Assembly (NCBI GenBank): GCA_965219995.1
Contig: CBDCOX010000002.1
Span: 4,864,001-4,928,000, forward strand
Reading direction: 5' to 3'
From: Candidatus Latescibacterota bacterium
GTDB taxonomy: Bacteria > Latescibacterota > UBA2968 > GCA-2709665
Length of the DNA stretch: 64,000 nucleotides
This document shows positions 9,683 through 19,291 of this stretch, in pieces. Each line of letters begins with the position of its first letter. Within the stretch, counting starts at the first letter, position 1. Both the position numbers and the translations under genes were made by a program. Below the pieces are notes generated by a model. The model saw only the letters and a program-made list of their open reading frames with translations, made no database searches and was not told the DNA's origin.

Positions 9683-9976
9683 GTGTTGAAGCTACCGCTT
9701 TTGCTCGAAGCACCAAGCAAGAGGTTCAAGAAGCGCGCCAGCAAATTACCTCCCCAAGTTCAAGAGAACATTATGGAGATTGCGAAAGAGCTCGAGAGCG
9801 GAGAGGTTCCAATTGGCAGAGATCTAAAGTTAGTGTCTGGTTATGATAACGTCTATTCGATGAGGCTAACAGGCAGTTTTCGAGTTGCAATTGAACAGAT
9901 TTCCGAGGGAATTGGCCGCATGTTTTATGTGGATAGTCGAGAGGGTTTTTACGATTGGCTGAATCGTCGGAGATGA
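9683..9976 (+). CDS. RelE/ParE-superfamily toxin
   Basis: 97 aa, basic; SKRFKKRASKLPPQVQ...LKLVSGYDNVYSMRLTGSFRV. Confidence 0.7.
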   Translation: MLKLPLLLEAPSKRFKKRASKLPPQVQENIMEIAKELESGEVPIGRDLKLVSGYDNVYSMRLTGSFRVAIEQISEGIGRMFYVDSREGFYDWLNRRR

Positions 9977-10003
9977 AGGATGTCTCTATCCCCAGACAGA
10001 AAG

Positions 10004-10042
10004 AAAAACCCAGGATGACTTTACAATCCTGGGCTCTTTTTT
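10004..10042 (+). terminator. Intrinsic terminator, possibly bidirectional
   Basis: CCCAGGAT (10009-16) / ATCCTGGG (10026-33) stem with flanking A- and T-tracts. Confidence 0.65.
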
Positions 10043-10240
10043 AAAGGGGATTATATACAATAGTGACGATCCGTAAATAAGCAAATTACAGGCCATTAAC
10101 CAAGCCCAGCAACCCCCTGGGCTTTTGTACTTATCCCTTGGTTGTCTTTTAACTGCCATTTACAAATTCTCCCTTGATTTGTGACCTTGCTAAGTTAGAT
10201 TATAGCCATAGCGGGGGCAATGTCATTCAGGGGGTCGGTC

Positions 10241-10540
10241 ATGGAAATTGGGGTTTTTAGTTTACTTCTATCCAGCTTAGGAACAATCATAGCCGTTGTT
10301 GGTATTGGCTGGTTTGGCCTGGATAGAATGGAACAAAGAATCAAGGCCGATGCTCAAAAAGCCCACGACCTTATTGGCGAAAATATCAAAAACCTGCGAT
10401 CTGAAATAGGCAGTGTTCGGGCTGATATAAATGGGGTGCGGTCTGAAGTGAGTGACATGCGAAAAGAGGTCACAGACCTAACAGGCCGCGTTGGGCGTAT
10501 CGAGGGAATACTTGAAATGATGCAGAGCAACGCAAAATAA
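10241..10540 (+). CDS. Small membrane-anchored coiled-coil protein
   Basis: N-terminal hydrophobic helix, heptad repeats, C-terminal RVGRIEG. Confidence 0.7.
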   Translation: MEIGVFSLLLSSLGTIIAVVGIGWFGLDRMEQRIKADAQKAHDLIGENIKNLRSEIGSVRADINGVRSEVSDMRKEVTDLTGRVGRIEGILEMMQSNAK

Positions 10541-10563
10541 CATATAGATTCAGAACCATGTTT

Positions 10564-10598
10564 AAAGGCCCAGGGAGTAGCTCAATCTCTGGGCCTTT
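10564..10598. terminator. Hairpin/terminator between convergent genes
   Basis: AAAGGCCCAG (10564-73) / CTGGGCCTTT (10589-98). Confidence 0.6.
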
Positions 10599-10713
10599 GG
10601 TGTTTAGTTCAGTGTTTCAGCAATTGTGGTTCATTTAACTGAGCGGCTTTTTGATTCAAACGTGATTCTCAGCTTTATTTTTGTGCGGATTACGACGTGC
10701 CTGAATCGAAGGC

Positions 10714-10990
10714 TTATTTGCGAGGAATAGCAGGTTCAGCACTCATCGCCCTTTCTATCAAACATCTTCTAAATCAACGAAGAGATATTGTCAAATGTTG
10801 TGGATGGAGGCGAGCGCATCCTGATGGATTAAGCGGCGGCTTTAACGTCTCCGTCCTGAAATTCACATTTACCAAAATCACCCTGTCATCCAACCCGACA
10901 GGTTCGCAAAGGACAATGTTAAGGTGACCTCCACTCTTCGATCCATCTGGCAAAATCGCAGTATCTCCAGGCCCTACAGGCCCAACAACC
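10714..10990 (-). pseudogene. Decayed putative toxin (PemK/MazF-like N-terminus) downstream of the Panacea gene
   Basis: GPGDTAILPDG...HLNIVLCEP...RVILVNV, then early TGA, then in-frame FRRCLIERAMSAEPAIPRK*. Confidence 0.4.
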
Positions 10991-11525
10991 GCTCCCTGTA
11001 CCCCGTGCATCGAATGTCCTCAAGAATTATCTCGATATCCTCCGGACAGTAATCCACAGCCTTCAAAATGTCTCCAAGATTGATAGGCACCCTGCCCTTC
11101 TTTACTTCCGTATACTCAGGAAATCCATGCGTATAATCCTTCAATTCTTGAAATGACCAACTCCCAAACTCCCCGAAGAGTCCATCCATGATCTCCCTAT
11201 CCGACCGAGAAAGACGACCGAAATACGGCGGCTCTCCAGATAAAGAGACACCATTTCCATGGGTCACAAAATGAGAATCCCACTCCGTTTCTCTCTTCTT
11301 CCCATTTGTCAAATCCAACGTATTGCTCAGTATAGGACCATTCGCCATCGAAAAATAGTTGTCATAGGTAACAGCATAACCGCGCTGACGAAGTGACTCC
11401 CGATCCAACATGTACAAGAACTTCATAAGCCTGAACTTATCCCAAACACCCCCTGCTAAATAGAGATAATACGCTGTAGCCTGAACCGTTCTGTCTAAAC
11501 GAAATCTCGGCGGCGTCCAGTTCAT
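10974..11525 (-). CDS. Panacea-domain (DUF4065/SocA-like) antitoxin
   Basis: KFRLMKFLYMLDRESL...TYDNYFSMANGPILS...YTHGFPEY; RBS GGAGAGG. Confidence 0.85.
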   Translation of the reverse strand: MNWTPPRFRLDRTVQATAYYLYLAGGVWDKFRLMKFLYMLDRESLRQRGYAVTYDNYFSMANGPILSNTLDLTNGKKRETEWDSHFVTHGNGVSLSGEPPYFGRLSRSDREIMDGLFGEFGSWSFQELKDYTHGFPEYTEVKKGRVPINLGDILKAVDYCPEDIEIILEDIRCTGYRERLLGL

Positions 11526-11758
11526 GGATCCTCTCCTGTTGGTAGGATCGCTGAGGGGATAGAATGCTTTGAGGGTACGTTTCGGGCTCTTGGGTGGAGC
11601 CTGGTCTCAATGAACCTGGTGACGTTTTCGTAGATTACAACTTCAAGCTCCGGTGGCTTCTCGGGTTCTTCTTCTGCCGGTGGCTTTTGCGGTTTTGTAC
11701 TGTATGACCTGTTGAGACGTTCTGACCTCCAGAAAAAGAAGAAATAATCCTCGCCTTT

Positions 11759-12485
11759 CCCTACGTGCCAATATAGAGTGAGACAACTCGCCCTCCGAGA
11801 TTAATGTCGTATAATGGGCGGAGAGGAGAGCACGAGATGAGGTCAAGAACCGATGTTGGAGACAACGGCAGCAAGGGGTCTCTGGTTGTGGAGGTCCCGC
11901 GCGGGATCTCCACAACCACGAGGCCGGATCCGGAGGTGCCGGCGCGTGCGAAGCGTCGCCGGTTCACCCCCCGGTACAAGCTTCGCATTCTGGAAGAGGC
12001 GGACGCTTGCCGGGCCCCTGGTGAAGTCGGTGCGCTACTGCGTCGCGAGGGGTTGTATTCCTCGCAGTTGACCCAATGGCGTCGTGCGCGTCGTGAGGGG
12101 ACGCTCAAGGCGCTATCCAAGCCGCGGGGACCCAAGGGACGTCGTCGCGACGAGGTCGCCGTCGAGAACGAGCAACTGCGCAAGGAAAACGCGCGGCTGC
12201 GGCGACGACTGGAACAGGCGCAGACCATCCTTGAGATCCAAAAAAAAGCCTCCGAGATCCTGGGGATCCCCCTGAACCCGCCGCCGGCCGACGACGACGT
12301 ATGATACGTGCTGCCGAACACCTCGCTCCGAGTGTGGGGTTGGCTTCAGCATGCCGGGCATTGGGTGTGGCGCGCGCGTCCGTATGCCGTCATCGCAAGC
12401 CAAATCCAACGTGTCCGGGTCGGTCGCGCCGTTTCCTGTCAATGATCGCCCATATGCGGCCACAGCAAGATCGGCATAATCAGGC
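11759..12485 (+). mobile_element. IS3-family remnant (copy 2): left end, intact orfA, truncated orfB
   Basis: TGCCAATATAGAGTGAGACA end, internal TATAAT, orfA 11837-12304, orfB starts 12301 and breaks off after about 40 codons. Confidence 0.85.
11837..12304 (+). CDS. IS3-family transposase OrfA (HTH + leucine zipper)
   Basis: RRRFTPRYKLRILEEADAC...GALLRREGLYSSQLTQWRR...LEIQKKASEILG. Confidence 0.88.
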   Translation: MRSRTDVGDNGSKGSLVVEVPRGISTTTRPDPEVPARAKRRRFTPRYKLRILEEADACRAPGEVGALLRREGLYSSQLTQWRRARREGTLKALSKPRGPKGRRRDEVAVENEQLRKENARLRRRLEQAQTILEIQKKASEILGIPLNPPPADDDV

Positions 12486-12504
12486 GACTCCAGGATCGCC
12501 TTAA
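12301..12504 (+). pseudogene. IS3-family OrfB, N-terminal fragment only
   Basis: LAPSVGLASACRALGVARAS motif; no DDE domain follows. Confidence 0.75.
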
Positions 12505-12733
12505 TCGGGCCACCGGACCTTATTGGCAAGACTCCATGCCCTCCGCTTTTAAAAATCACCTGAATAATCGATCTGAAGACCTGACATTGTAAAGGCCCAG
12601 GGGGTGAAGTCCTCTTGGATTTCTTGCATAAGGCTTGTGTGAACAGACCAAGCCGATTGCCTTTGGAGACTTTGATGAAGCGCGAAACGAAATGTAGCAG
12701 GTCAAGGTAAAATTCAGAAAATGAAACTAACAC

Positions 12734-12774
12734 AAAAAACCACCGGCCTCGCGCAGAGACAGGTGGTTCCTTTT
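12734..12774 (-). terminator. Intrinsic terminator of the 12813-13355 gene
   Basis: AAAAAA-CCACC...GGTGGTT stem. Confidence 0.55.
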
Positions 12775-12812
12775 GCTATCCGCCCCGGGGCGACACCCTG
12801 TGCTCCGGCGGT

Positions 12813-13355
12813 CTAACAACCAAAGTCGCTTCGATTGTAATAAAGGTAGATACCTCCGTTTAGCCAGGCTTCGGGTTTGGCGAATTGATATCGAATGAGA
12901 GTTTGTTTTGGATACATCCCGTTTTCAATAGCTTTTCCTATATACCAAATATGGGTGATATAACCGTGGCTCTCTCCTCTTTCTCCAGAACCATATGCCT
13001 GGCGTAATTGCTCAAGAATAAACTTGAAAGTCTCACGAACTTTAGGGTCTGGTGATGGGAAAATGTATTCCATTCCAACCAACATATCATTAAAAAACTG
13101 ATATTTGATCGAATTTGTAATCCCCAGTGATTGTCCCGTGTATTTATGCCATTCATAGATATCTGGTTCTGTCTCCCAAGGTTGTTTATCCTCCTCGCGT
13201 TTCTTATCGACGAATTTCCAATTTCTACTTTCTTCAATAACCCGCACCTGTTTCAATGACATGTCCCAAAACACACCACGTTCCACAAAGGGTTTGTCTA
13301 TTGCAAAGGCTGAAGAAGAAAGGCAAATCGCTATTGCTGTGATAAACGCACGCAT
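12813..13355 (-). CDS. Secreted hypothetical protein
   Basis: Signal peptide MRAFITAIAICLSSSAFA; 180 aa; AT-rich codons. Confidence 0.75.
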   Translation of the reverse strand: MRAFITAIAICLSSSAFAIDKPFVERGVFWDMSLKQVRVIEESRNWKFVDKKREEDKQPWETEPDIYEWHKYTGQSLGITNSIKYQFFNDMLVGMEYIFPSPDPKVRETFKFILEQLRQAYGSGERGESHGYITHIWYIGKAIENGMYPKQTLIRYQFAKPEAWLNGGIYLYYNRSDFGC

Positions 13356-13593
13356 GGTTGATTCTCATTCCTACATTATTGACGGAGCCGGCGGAATTCG
13401 AATCCACAAACCTCTATCTGCAGACCTGCCCCTCCACGAGATTTACGACCTTGGATCTGTGATCTGCTGTCGCGTACACTCTCGTCCCACCACGAGAGAC
13501 TTGCAGGCGCAATGTAGGGAAACTAATTTCCAGCTACAAGGAAATTATCCAACAATCTTCTGTATTGTCCTACAAATAAAGGAACCGCTGACA

Positions 13594-13711
13594 CCCTACG
13601 TGCCAATATAGAGTGAGACAACTCCCCCTCCGCGTATAATGGGCGGAGAGGAGAGGACGAGATGAGGTCAAGAATTGATGTTGGAGATGTCAATGATCGG
13701 CATAATCAGGC
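13594..13711 (+). mobile_element. IS3-family left-end remnant (copy 3), internally deleted
   Basis: CCCTACGTGCCAATATAGAGTGAGACA...ATGAGGTCAAGAA..GATGTTGGAGA joined to TGTCAATGATCGGCATAATCAGGC. Confidence 0.8.
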
Positions 13712-14112
13712 CACCTGGGATAGGATTGACGTTTCGGACTTTCCCGCAACGGTACTTCCTTCTTTGCGTCTCCCAGCAGTGTTGATTTCGATTAAGAAAC
13801 AAGACGGAAGTTTCGCGAAGCATTACAAGCATTCCTTGGAGCAGGTTTAATGACGACAGGGTTTGAATTACAATACCTCAGTCCGAGATATTGTCAAACT
13901 GTGTTGTTACGAGGACAGTATTCGGATCCTGCAGTAGACCACCAGAGTAAATAGGGACATATATACAATGTTAGCCATAGACGAGACAAGCCCCGCGCGC
14001 CAGGAATTGCATAAATTCACTTGACAAGGCGTATTTTTCCTTGACATCTGCGCCAGTTACGTTAGGTTTCTACCGTAACTTGCCACGAGGAGTTTTTCTG
14101 CGGAGGTACACA

Positions 14113-14292
14113 ATGAAGAACATCCCCGTTCCCGACTGGAAATACATATCGCTATTTCCTTCCAGGGCAAAAAACGCGAAAGAAGCCCTGCGCCAAGACG
14201 CAGATGCTGTTCTCTCAGACAAGGCCAACGCACAAACGGCAGAACCCCTCGAAACACTTCCGGAAGCGGCAGACGGAGCCGAAGTTAGTTGA
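14113..14292 (+). CDS. Small hypothetical protein
   Basis: GGAGG RBS before ATG; TTGACA at 14021 and 14041 upstream; stop overlaps the next start. Confidence 0.45.
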   Translation: MKNIPVPDWKYISLFPSRAKNAKEALRQDADAVLSDKANAQTAEPLETLPEAADGAEVS

Positions 14293-14495
14293 CAGACCCT
14301 CCGCTCACAATGGAGCAACTTGAGCAGGCGCACCGCCATGCTCTTGAGCGGCGCGGACAATGGATGGCCTTTGTGCTAACCGTCCTCGCTATTGCAGCAA
14401 CGATATACAGCATTCATCAGCAACAGGAAGTTGTGGCCGTCCTTCTCGGAGGCTTCTCCTTAGCCAGCATTCTAAGGACCTTCTTGCGCCGATAG
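14289..14495 (+). CDS. Small 2-TM membrane protein (DUF2335-like C-terminal part)
   Basis: EQAHRH..ERRGQWMAFVLTVLAI, two hydrophobic helices. Confidence 0.5.
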   Translation: MTDPPLTMEQLEQAHRHALERRGQWMAFVLTVLAIAATIYSIHQQQEVVAVLLGGFSLASILRTFLRR

Positions 14496-14521
14496 ACTCC
14501 CGGAAAACCAAATCACCAAGA

Positions 14522-14558
14522 ACCTGCCAGCGTAGCAAACTGGCGGGTCTTTTTATTT
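14522..14558 (+). terminator. Intrinsic terminator
   Basis: ACCTGCCAG / CTGGCGGGT stem followed by CTTTTTATTT. Confidence 0.7.
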
Positions 14559-14569
14559 CCACGATCGCC

Positions 14570-14599
14570 TTGCCTCTTGCCAAGTGAAAACGTTATAAT
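14570..14599 (+). promoter_or_regulatory. Candidate sigma70 promoter
   Basis: TTGCCT-N18-TATAAT. Confidence 0.4.
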
Positions 14600-14834
14600 A
14601 TGGAGTCCAGAAGCCGACCTTGCCGTCACAAAGTGCTTGGACACTTGAGACCACTGGACGTGAACGAAAATTTCATCCATTTGAACGACCTCGATACCCC
14701 GCTTTCGCGCTGAAACCTTTTGTGCTTTTTGTGGTAAATTTAACGACTGTCTTTTTTCGAATTGAGGTTAGACGGATAACCGAGTAAAAACCGGGAGAGT
14801 TTCAATCCAACTCGAAGTCGGGGAGGATATTCGC

Positions 14835-15125
14835 ATGTCATTTACGGACTATACGGCCGAGGAGATAGAATCACGCGGTCGGGCAATTTATGCGGAGCAG
14901 ATCCGTGACCGGTTGGATACAGATCATCGAGGCAAGTTCCTGGTCATCGACGTCGAAACAGGTGCATACAAAGTCGACGCGGACGATCTGTCAGCAACGA
15001 AACAGTTGCTTGCTGCGCGACCCAACGCCGTCATCTATGGCTTGCGAATCGGGTTTCCGACTGGCTATCGAATCGGTAGCATTGACGACGTTACGAAAGC
15101 CAACCTAACTGAATATGCATATTGA
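14835..15125 (+). CDS. Small DUF5678-like protein
   Basis: RGRAIYAEQIR...GKFLVIDVETGAY...RIG pattern; GGAGG RBS. Confidence 0.65.
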   Translation: MSFTDYTAEEIESRGRAIYAEQIRDRLDTDHRGKFLVIDVETGAYKVDADDLSATKQLLAARPNAVIYGLRIGFPTGYRIGSIDDVTKANLTEYAY

Positions 15126-15148
15126 CAGAGCCGAAAGGGAGTCCACGA

Positions 15149-17017
15149 ATGAAACCATTCTCTGAAGATCTGCTCGCGAAGTTGGCGAATGCGACGGTGG
15201 CGCCGGACGAGACACGGCCGAGGGTCCTGCTGGGGGCCGAGGAGGTGGATGGGGCCCGGGAACGGGCGAGGGCGGCCCCGGGATTTGTGGACAAACTTGC
15301 GGAGTCGGCGAGAGAAGCATCCGACAGTGAGGACCTGTTCGGACCGGCCCCGGCGATTCCGTATTTCTGCCAGACGCCGCTGCGGTCCCTGGCGAATGCC
15401 GCTTTCATCCTGGAGGACGAGGCGTTCGCGGCCAGGGCGCTCGAAGGCGTGGAGGTGATGTTCTCGTTTCCGCCGGAGGAGTGGGTGGCGCGGCCGCACC
15501 GCCCCATGCGGTGCGATCACGCCATGCTGAACGTGGCGTCGGCGATCGGTATTTCGACGGATCTCTGCGCGTCGCTCTGGCCGCCCGGCGCTGTCGCGTC
15601 GGTCTCCGGGCGAATCAACGCGTATACCGTCGCGCGGTTTCTGGAGACGTGGGAAAAACAGGACGCGCACTGGTCCAGTCCGGACTACCACTGGAACTGG
15701 AAAATCATGTGCTGCGGGGAAATGGGTACCGCGGCCCTCGCGTGCGCCGAGGAGATCTCGGACCTGGACGCGGTCCTGCCGGCGGCGCTGGCGGGATGTC
15801 TGGATATCCTGGATTTCGTGCCGCCCGAAGGCGATTGGGCCGAGGGGCCCGGATACTGGCTCGGCACCCTGGGACACGGCGTCAAGTTCGGTGTCGGACT
15901 GAAGCGGGCGACCGGCGGCGCGGTGGACCTGTTCGAGCATCCGGCGTTGCGCATAACGGGCGACTACATTGTACACGTTACCGAACCGGACGGACAGGTC
16001 TACAATTTCAATGACAATGGAATCTCCCTCGGCGCGAGTCTGGATACTCTGCTGCTGATGGCCAGGCTGCGCCGGCGCGGAGACTGGGCCAGGACCGCGC
16101 GCGCGAGCGACCACGCGACCGTCGAGCGCCTGATCTGGGACGATCCGTCGCTGGAAGACGCGATTCCGGAGGAGACTTCACGAAGTTACCCCACAACAGG
16201 CGTCGTGACCATGCGCAGCGGTTGGGATGCGGGTGCGACGTTTGTGGGTTTGAAATCCGGTTCGAGCGCGGTCGGCCATTCGCAGCTGGACGCGAACTCA
16301 TTCGTCGTCTCCTCGCGCGGGGAACGGCTGCTGATCGACGAGGGGATCTGGCCCTACGGCCATGACCTTGGATTTTTCGACAGCGGCGGAGGGAAGCGGT
16401 GGAATTTCGACGGCAACGGGACGATCGGTCACAATACGCTGATGGTGGACGGCGAGGGCCAGCGATACGGCGCCGGGTTTCCGGGCAGGATCGTCTCTTT
16501 CGATGCGGGCGGGGAGGTGGATGTGGCCGTCGGCGACGCAACGGCGGCATACGGTGGGAAATTGAAACGTTTTCTGCGCACACTGGCCTTTGTGAAGCCC
16601 GACGTCGTGCTGGTGTACGACCGGGTCTCGTCGGAGGAACCCCGTCTCCTGGAGTGGCTGTTTCATCACCGGGCGGAGGTATCCGGCGACGAGCGGCTGA
16701 CTGAATTCCGGCGGAACGGTGTGACGTTGTCTCTTTCAAGAGTGATTCCGGAACACATGGAGTGCTGGCGGCTGAGCGACGTGAAACGGACCAGCGTGTA
16801 CACGGAATCCAACCAGTACCGCCGGCATCGAGTCGGCGTTGAATATCGGGGTTTCGGGCCGTTTCATCCGTGCCGGGAAATCGAGGTGTTGTGGGCGATT
16901 CACGTGGGGAACGCTTCCGATCGGCCGGAGGTCGAGGCGTCGGCGGGGGATGGCGGGGTGACAGCGCGCGTTGTGTTCGGGGACGGGAACGAACAAATCG
17001 TGACGTTTCCGAAATAG
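15149..17017 (+). CDS. Heparinase II/III-family polysaccharide lyase
   Basis: NW, EGPGYW, NFND, MRSGW, HSQLDANSF and HNTLMVDG motifs. Confidence 0.85.
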   Translation: MKPFSEDLLAKLANATVAPDETRPRVLLGAEEVDGARERARAAPGFVDKLAESAREASDSEDLFGPAPAIPYFCQTPLRSLANAAFILEDEAFAARALEGVEVMFSFPPEEWVARPHRPMRCDHAMLNVASAIGISTDLCASLWPPGAVASVSGRINAYTVARFLETWEKQDAHWSSPDYHWNWKIMCCGEMGTAALACAEEISDLDAVLPAALAGCLDILDFVPPEGDWAEGPGYWLGTLGHGVKFGVGLKRATGGAVDLFEHPALRITGDYIVHVTEPDGQVYNFNDNGISLGASLDTLLLMARLRRRGDWARTARASDHATVERLIWDDPSLEDAIPEETSRSYPTTGVVTMRSGWDAGATFVGLKSGSSAVGHSQLDANSFVVSSRGERLLIDEGIWPYGHDLGFFDSGGGKRWNFDGNGTIGHNTLMVDGEGQRYGAGFPGRIVSFDAGGEVDVAVGDATAAYGGKLKRFLRTLAFVKPDVVLVYDRVSSEEPRLLEWLFHHRAEVSGDERLTEFRRNGVTLSLSRVIPEHMECWRLSDVKRTSVYTESNQYRRHRVGVEYRGFGPFHPCREIEVLWAIHVGNASDRPEVEASAGDGGVTARVVFGDGNEQIVTFPK

Positions 17018-17032
17018 GCCGTCGCGCCACGT

Positions 17033-19291
17033 TCAGTTCGACTTCGGCGCCTTGCTTTCCGGCGTCTTTACCGGTTTATCGCGACCGGCCCTCCGTTCCG
17101 CGTTGATCTTGTGGATCAGCCAGCCGTATTGCTGCAGGACGGGATCGTCCGATTGTTTGACTTTTGAAAGTTCGAGATACTTGTTCAGATACATCGCGCC
17201 TCTTGCCACAAGACCCACCCGAACCATGCCCACATAGGCGCCGGCCGACAGCCCGGAATCGGCAAGTCTGCGAAGTTCCTTCTTTGCGTCCGCCAGCCTG
17301 CCCTGTGCGAGATAAACCTCTCGTAACAGCAGTCGTCCCAGCGCAAACTCCGGTTTTGCTCTCAGGCTGCGCTCGAAAGCCCTTTCTGCCTCCTTCCAGT
17401 CTTTGCGGCGGAAGGCGTCCACGCCGTCGATGACGTATTTGTCCGGGAGCGCCGGATCCGTCCGGATGTCCGCCTTCCACCGATCGAGCAGTTCCTGCAC
17501 GTTCGCGCCGGTACGCCGGTATACGACAACACGGGGATGGTCGAATCCCGTGACTGTGGGTTCGGCGTCGGCTTCGGAATAGGTGAACCCCAGGATTTCG
17601 GGGGAGATCTTGAACTGTGCGGCCCGTTCGAAACCCAGGGCCTGTTCGGCCAGGCGGCGGTAGTAAGTGTGGGCGACCGGGAATCGCTGCGGCACGTTCC
17701 TGAACGGTATCGTCCGGTTTTCTTCGATCACGACGATCCAGTCGACGCCGGCCAGCCGGTTCTCAATGAATTCGACGTGCGCCTCGTAAGCCAGGTTGCC
17801 GTCGGCGGACAGAAACCAGGCGGCCTCGTCGAGCTTGCGCTTGTACAAGTCTCTCGGCGCCATCCAGGACGTTGGGTACCCGCCCCTCTCGGTCAGCACA
17901 CCGGCCCCTTTCGGGATATTCCTCTCAATCCATCCTGCCGCCTCGAACCGGCTGCTGGAACGGTAGACGCGCGCCGTCGCGATGCCGTAGGCGGCCGTGG
18001 GAATCACCACCAGCGCCACGGGCAGGGAATAAACCCAGACCTGGTTCCAGTGCCGGCGCATCCAAACGGCTGCCTCCATGCATGCCCATGCGCCCATCAC
18101 GGCCATAATGGGTTGCATTGGTACGGTATACCGAAGGGGTTTTGTATGGAGTCCGCCCACCATATAGAAGTACGGCCCAAGCCAGGCCAGCAGTACCCAC
18201 CATCCTCTCTGCCGCTTCCATAACGCCAGTGCGATCCCGCACAGGGCCGCAATTTCCAGGGGCGTTCCCAGCGCATACCGGAACAGGTGGGTGATGAAAA
18301 ACAGATAAGGCGTAGTGGCGTAATCGTAGAGCGCCCAGATGCGGACCGTCTCGCCTTTCGCGATCTTCAGGCTGGGCAGGAAATTCCTCATGTCTTTCGA
18401 ACTGAAGAACTCGCCGGGCTTGAGCAAGAGGGGTTCGCAGGCCACCGCAACCGCAACCACGACCGCGGCGCAACACAGCGTTCGCGGCGTAAACGCCCGT
18501 TTCAGACGGTCCCGGACGAATAAGACCCCGGCTGCCATCCAATGCGGTCTCCGTTTCCGCTTCCCACGTTGATCTACCCCGGTCTCCAACGGCGCCTGCG
18601 CGGGCCATACGTGCGCCAGCAGAAACGGCAGGCATAGCATGCCCGCCATCAGCCGTGTGCCCGCCGCCGTGCCGCAGACCAGCCCGCACACCAGGTAGGG
18701 TCGGGTACGGTCGGACGGCAGTTTCAGGATCAGATAGACGCCGAGGGTCGTCCAGAACGCGAGGGACACGTCCACGGTATAGAAATGGCACTGCTGGATG
18801 TGCCCGGCGCAGAACGCCAGAAAGGCCGCGCCAAGCACGCCCGTCCAGATGCCCGCCAGATGGCGGCCGATGGCAAATACGACCCACACCGTCAGGACGC
18901 CCAGCGCCGCGGAGATTCCCCGACCCATGAGGTGTGTGAATTTCATGGACCGGTTGTCGTCTTTGACGAACGGTTGAATTCCGACGACGAAGCCAGCGCC
19001 GTTGGCGAGGGTCCACAGGACGTAGGCAGGGCCCTTGGCATAGGCCGTCACGGCCCTCGTCACTTCCACGCCCACCAGTCCGGCACTCTCCACAACCGTG
19101 CGTTCATCGGGATGGAAGGCGTGAAACCTGCCGGTTTCCGGATCGGTTCCCCAGCCTATCCCGTAGAACCGGAGCGCTGCCGATGCAACCAGGATCAAAA
19201 TAAGAAGGCCGTACGCGCCCCGATTTTCTTTGATCGCGGAAATAGTGTCGATACAAACCTCGGACCTATCGATATCTGCGAAGGATTTCAA
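17033..19291 (-). CDS. GT-C (GT39/ArnT-PMT-like) membrane glycosyltransferase with C-terminal TPR
   Basis: FHPDE motif after the first TM, many TM helices, HFYTVD, DHPRV, TPR-like tail. Confidence 0.8.
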   Translation of the reverse strand: MKSFADIDRSEVCIDTISAIKENRGAYGLLILILVASAALRFYGIGWGTDPETGRFHAFHPDERTVVESAGLVGVEVTRAVTAYAKGPAYVLWTLANGAGFVVGIQPFVKDDNRSMKFTHLMGRGISAALGVLTVWVVFAIGRHLAGIWTGVLGAAFLAFCAGHIQQCHFYTVDVSLAFWTTLGVYLILKLPSDRTRPYLVCGLVCGTAAGTRLMAGMLCLPFLLAHVWPAQAPLETGVDQRGKRKRRPHWMAAGVLFVRDRLKRAFTPRTLCCAAVVVAVAVACEPLLLKPGEFFSSKDMRNFLPSLKIAKGETVRIWALYDYATTPYLFFITHLFRYALGTPLEIAALCGIALALWKRQRGWWVLLAWLGPYFYMVGGLHTKPLRYTVPMQPIMAVMGAWACMEAAVWMRRHWNQVWVYSLPVALVVIPTAAYGIATARVYRSSSRFEAAGWIERNIPKGAGVLTERGGYPTSWMAPRDLYKRKLDEAAWFLSADGNLAYEAHVEFIENRLAGVDWIVVIEENRTIPFRNVPQRFPVAHTYYRRLAEQALGFERAAQFKISPEILGFTYSEADAEPTVTGFDHPRVVVYRRTGANVQELLDRWKADIRTDPALPDKYVIDGVDAFRRKDWKEAERAFERSLRAKPEFALGRLLLREVYLAQGRLADAKKELRRLADSGLSAGAYVGMVRVGLVARGAMYLNKYLELSKVKQSDDPVLQQYGWLIHKINAERRAGRDKPVKTPESKAPKSN

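Noticed and set aside
13379-13405. Intact tRNA gene
   Set aside because: Only a degenerate 3' portion is present; no D or anticodon arm can be built
7650-15130. Integron cassette array
   Set aside because: No integrase and no convincing attC (RYYYAAC...GTTRRRY) sites; genes lie on both strands
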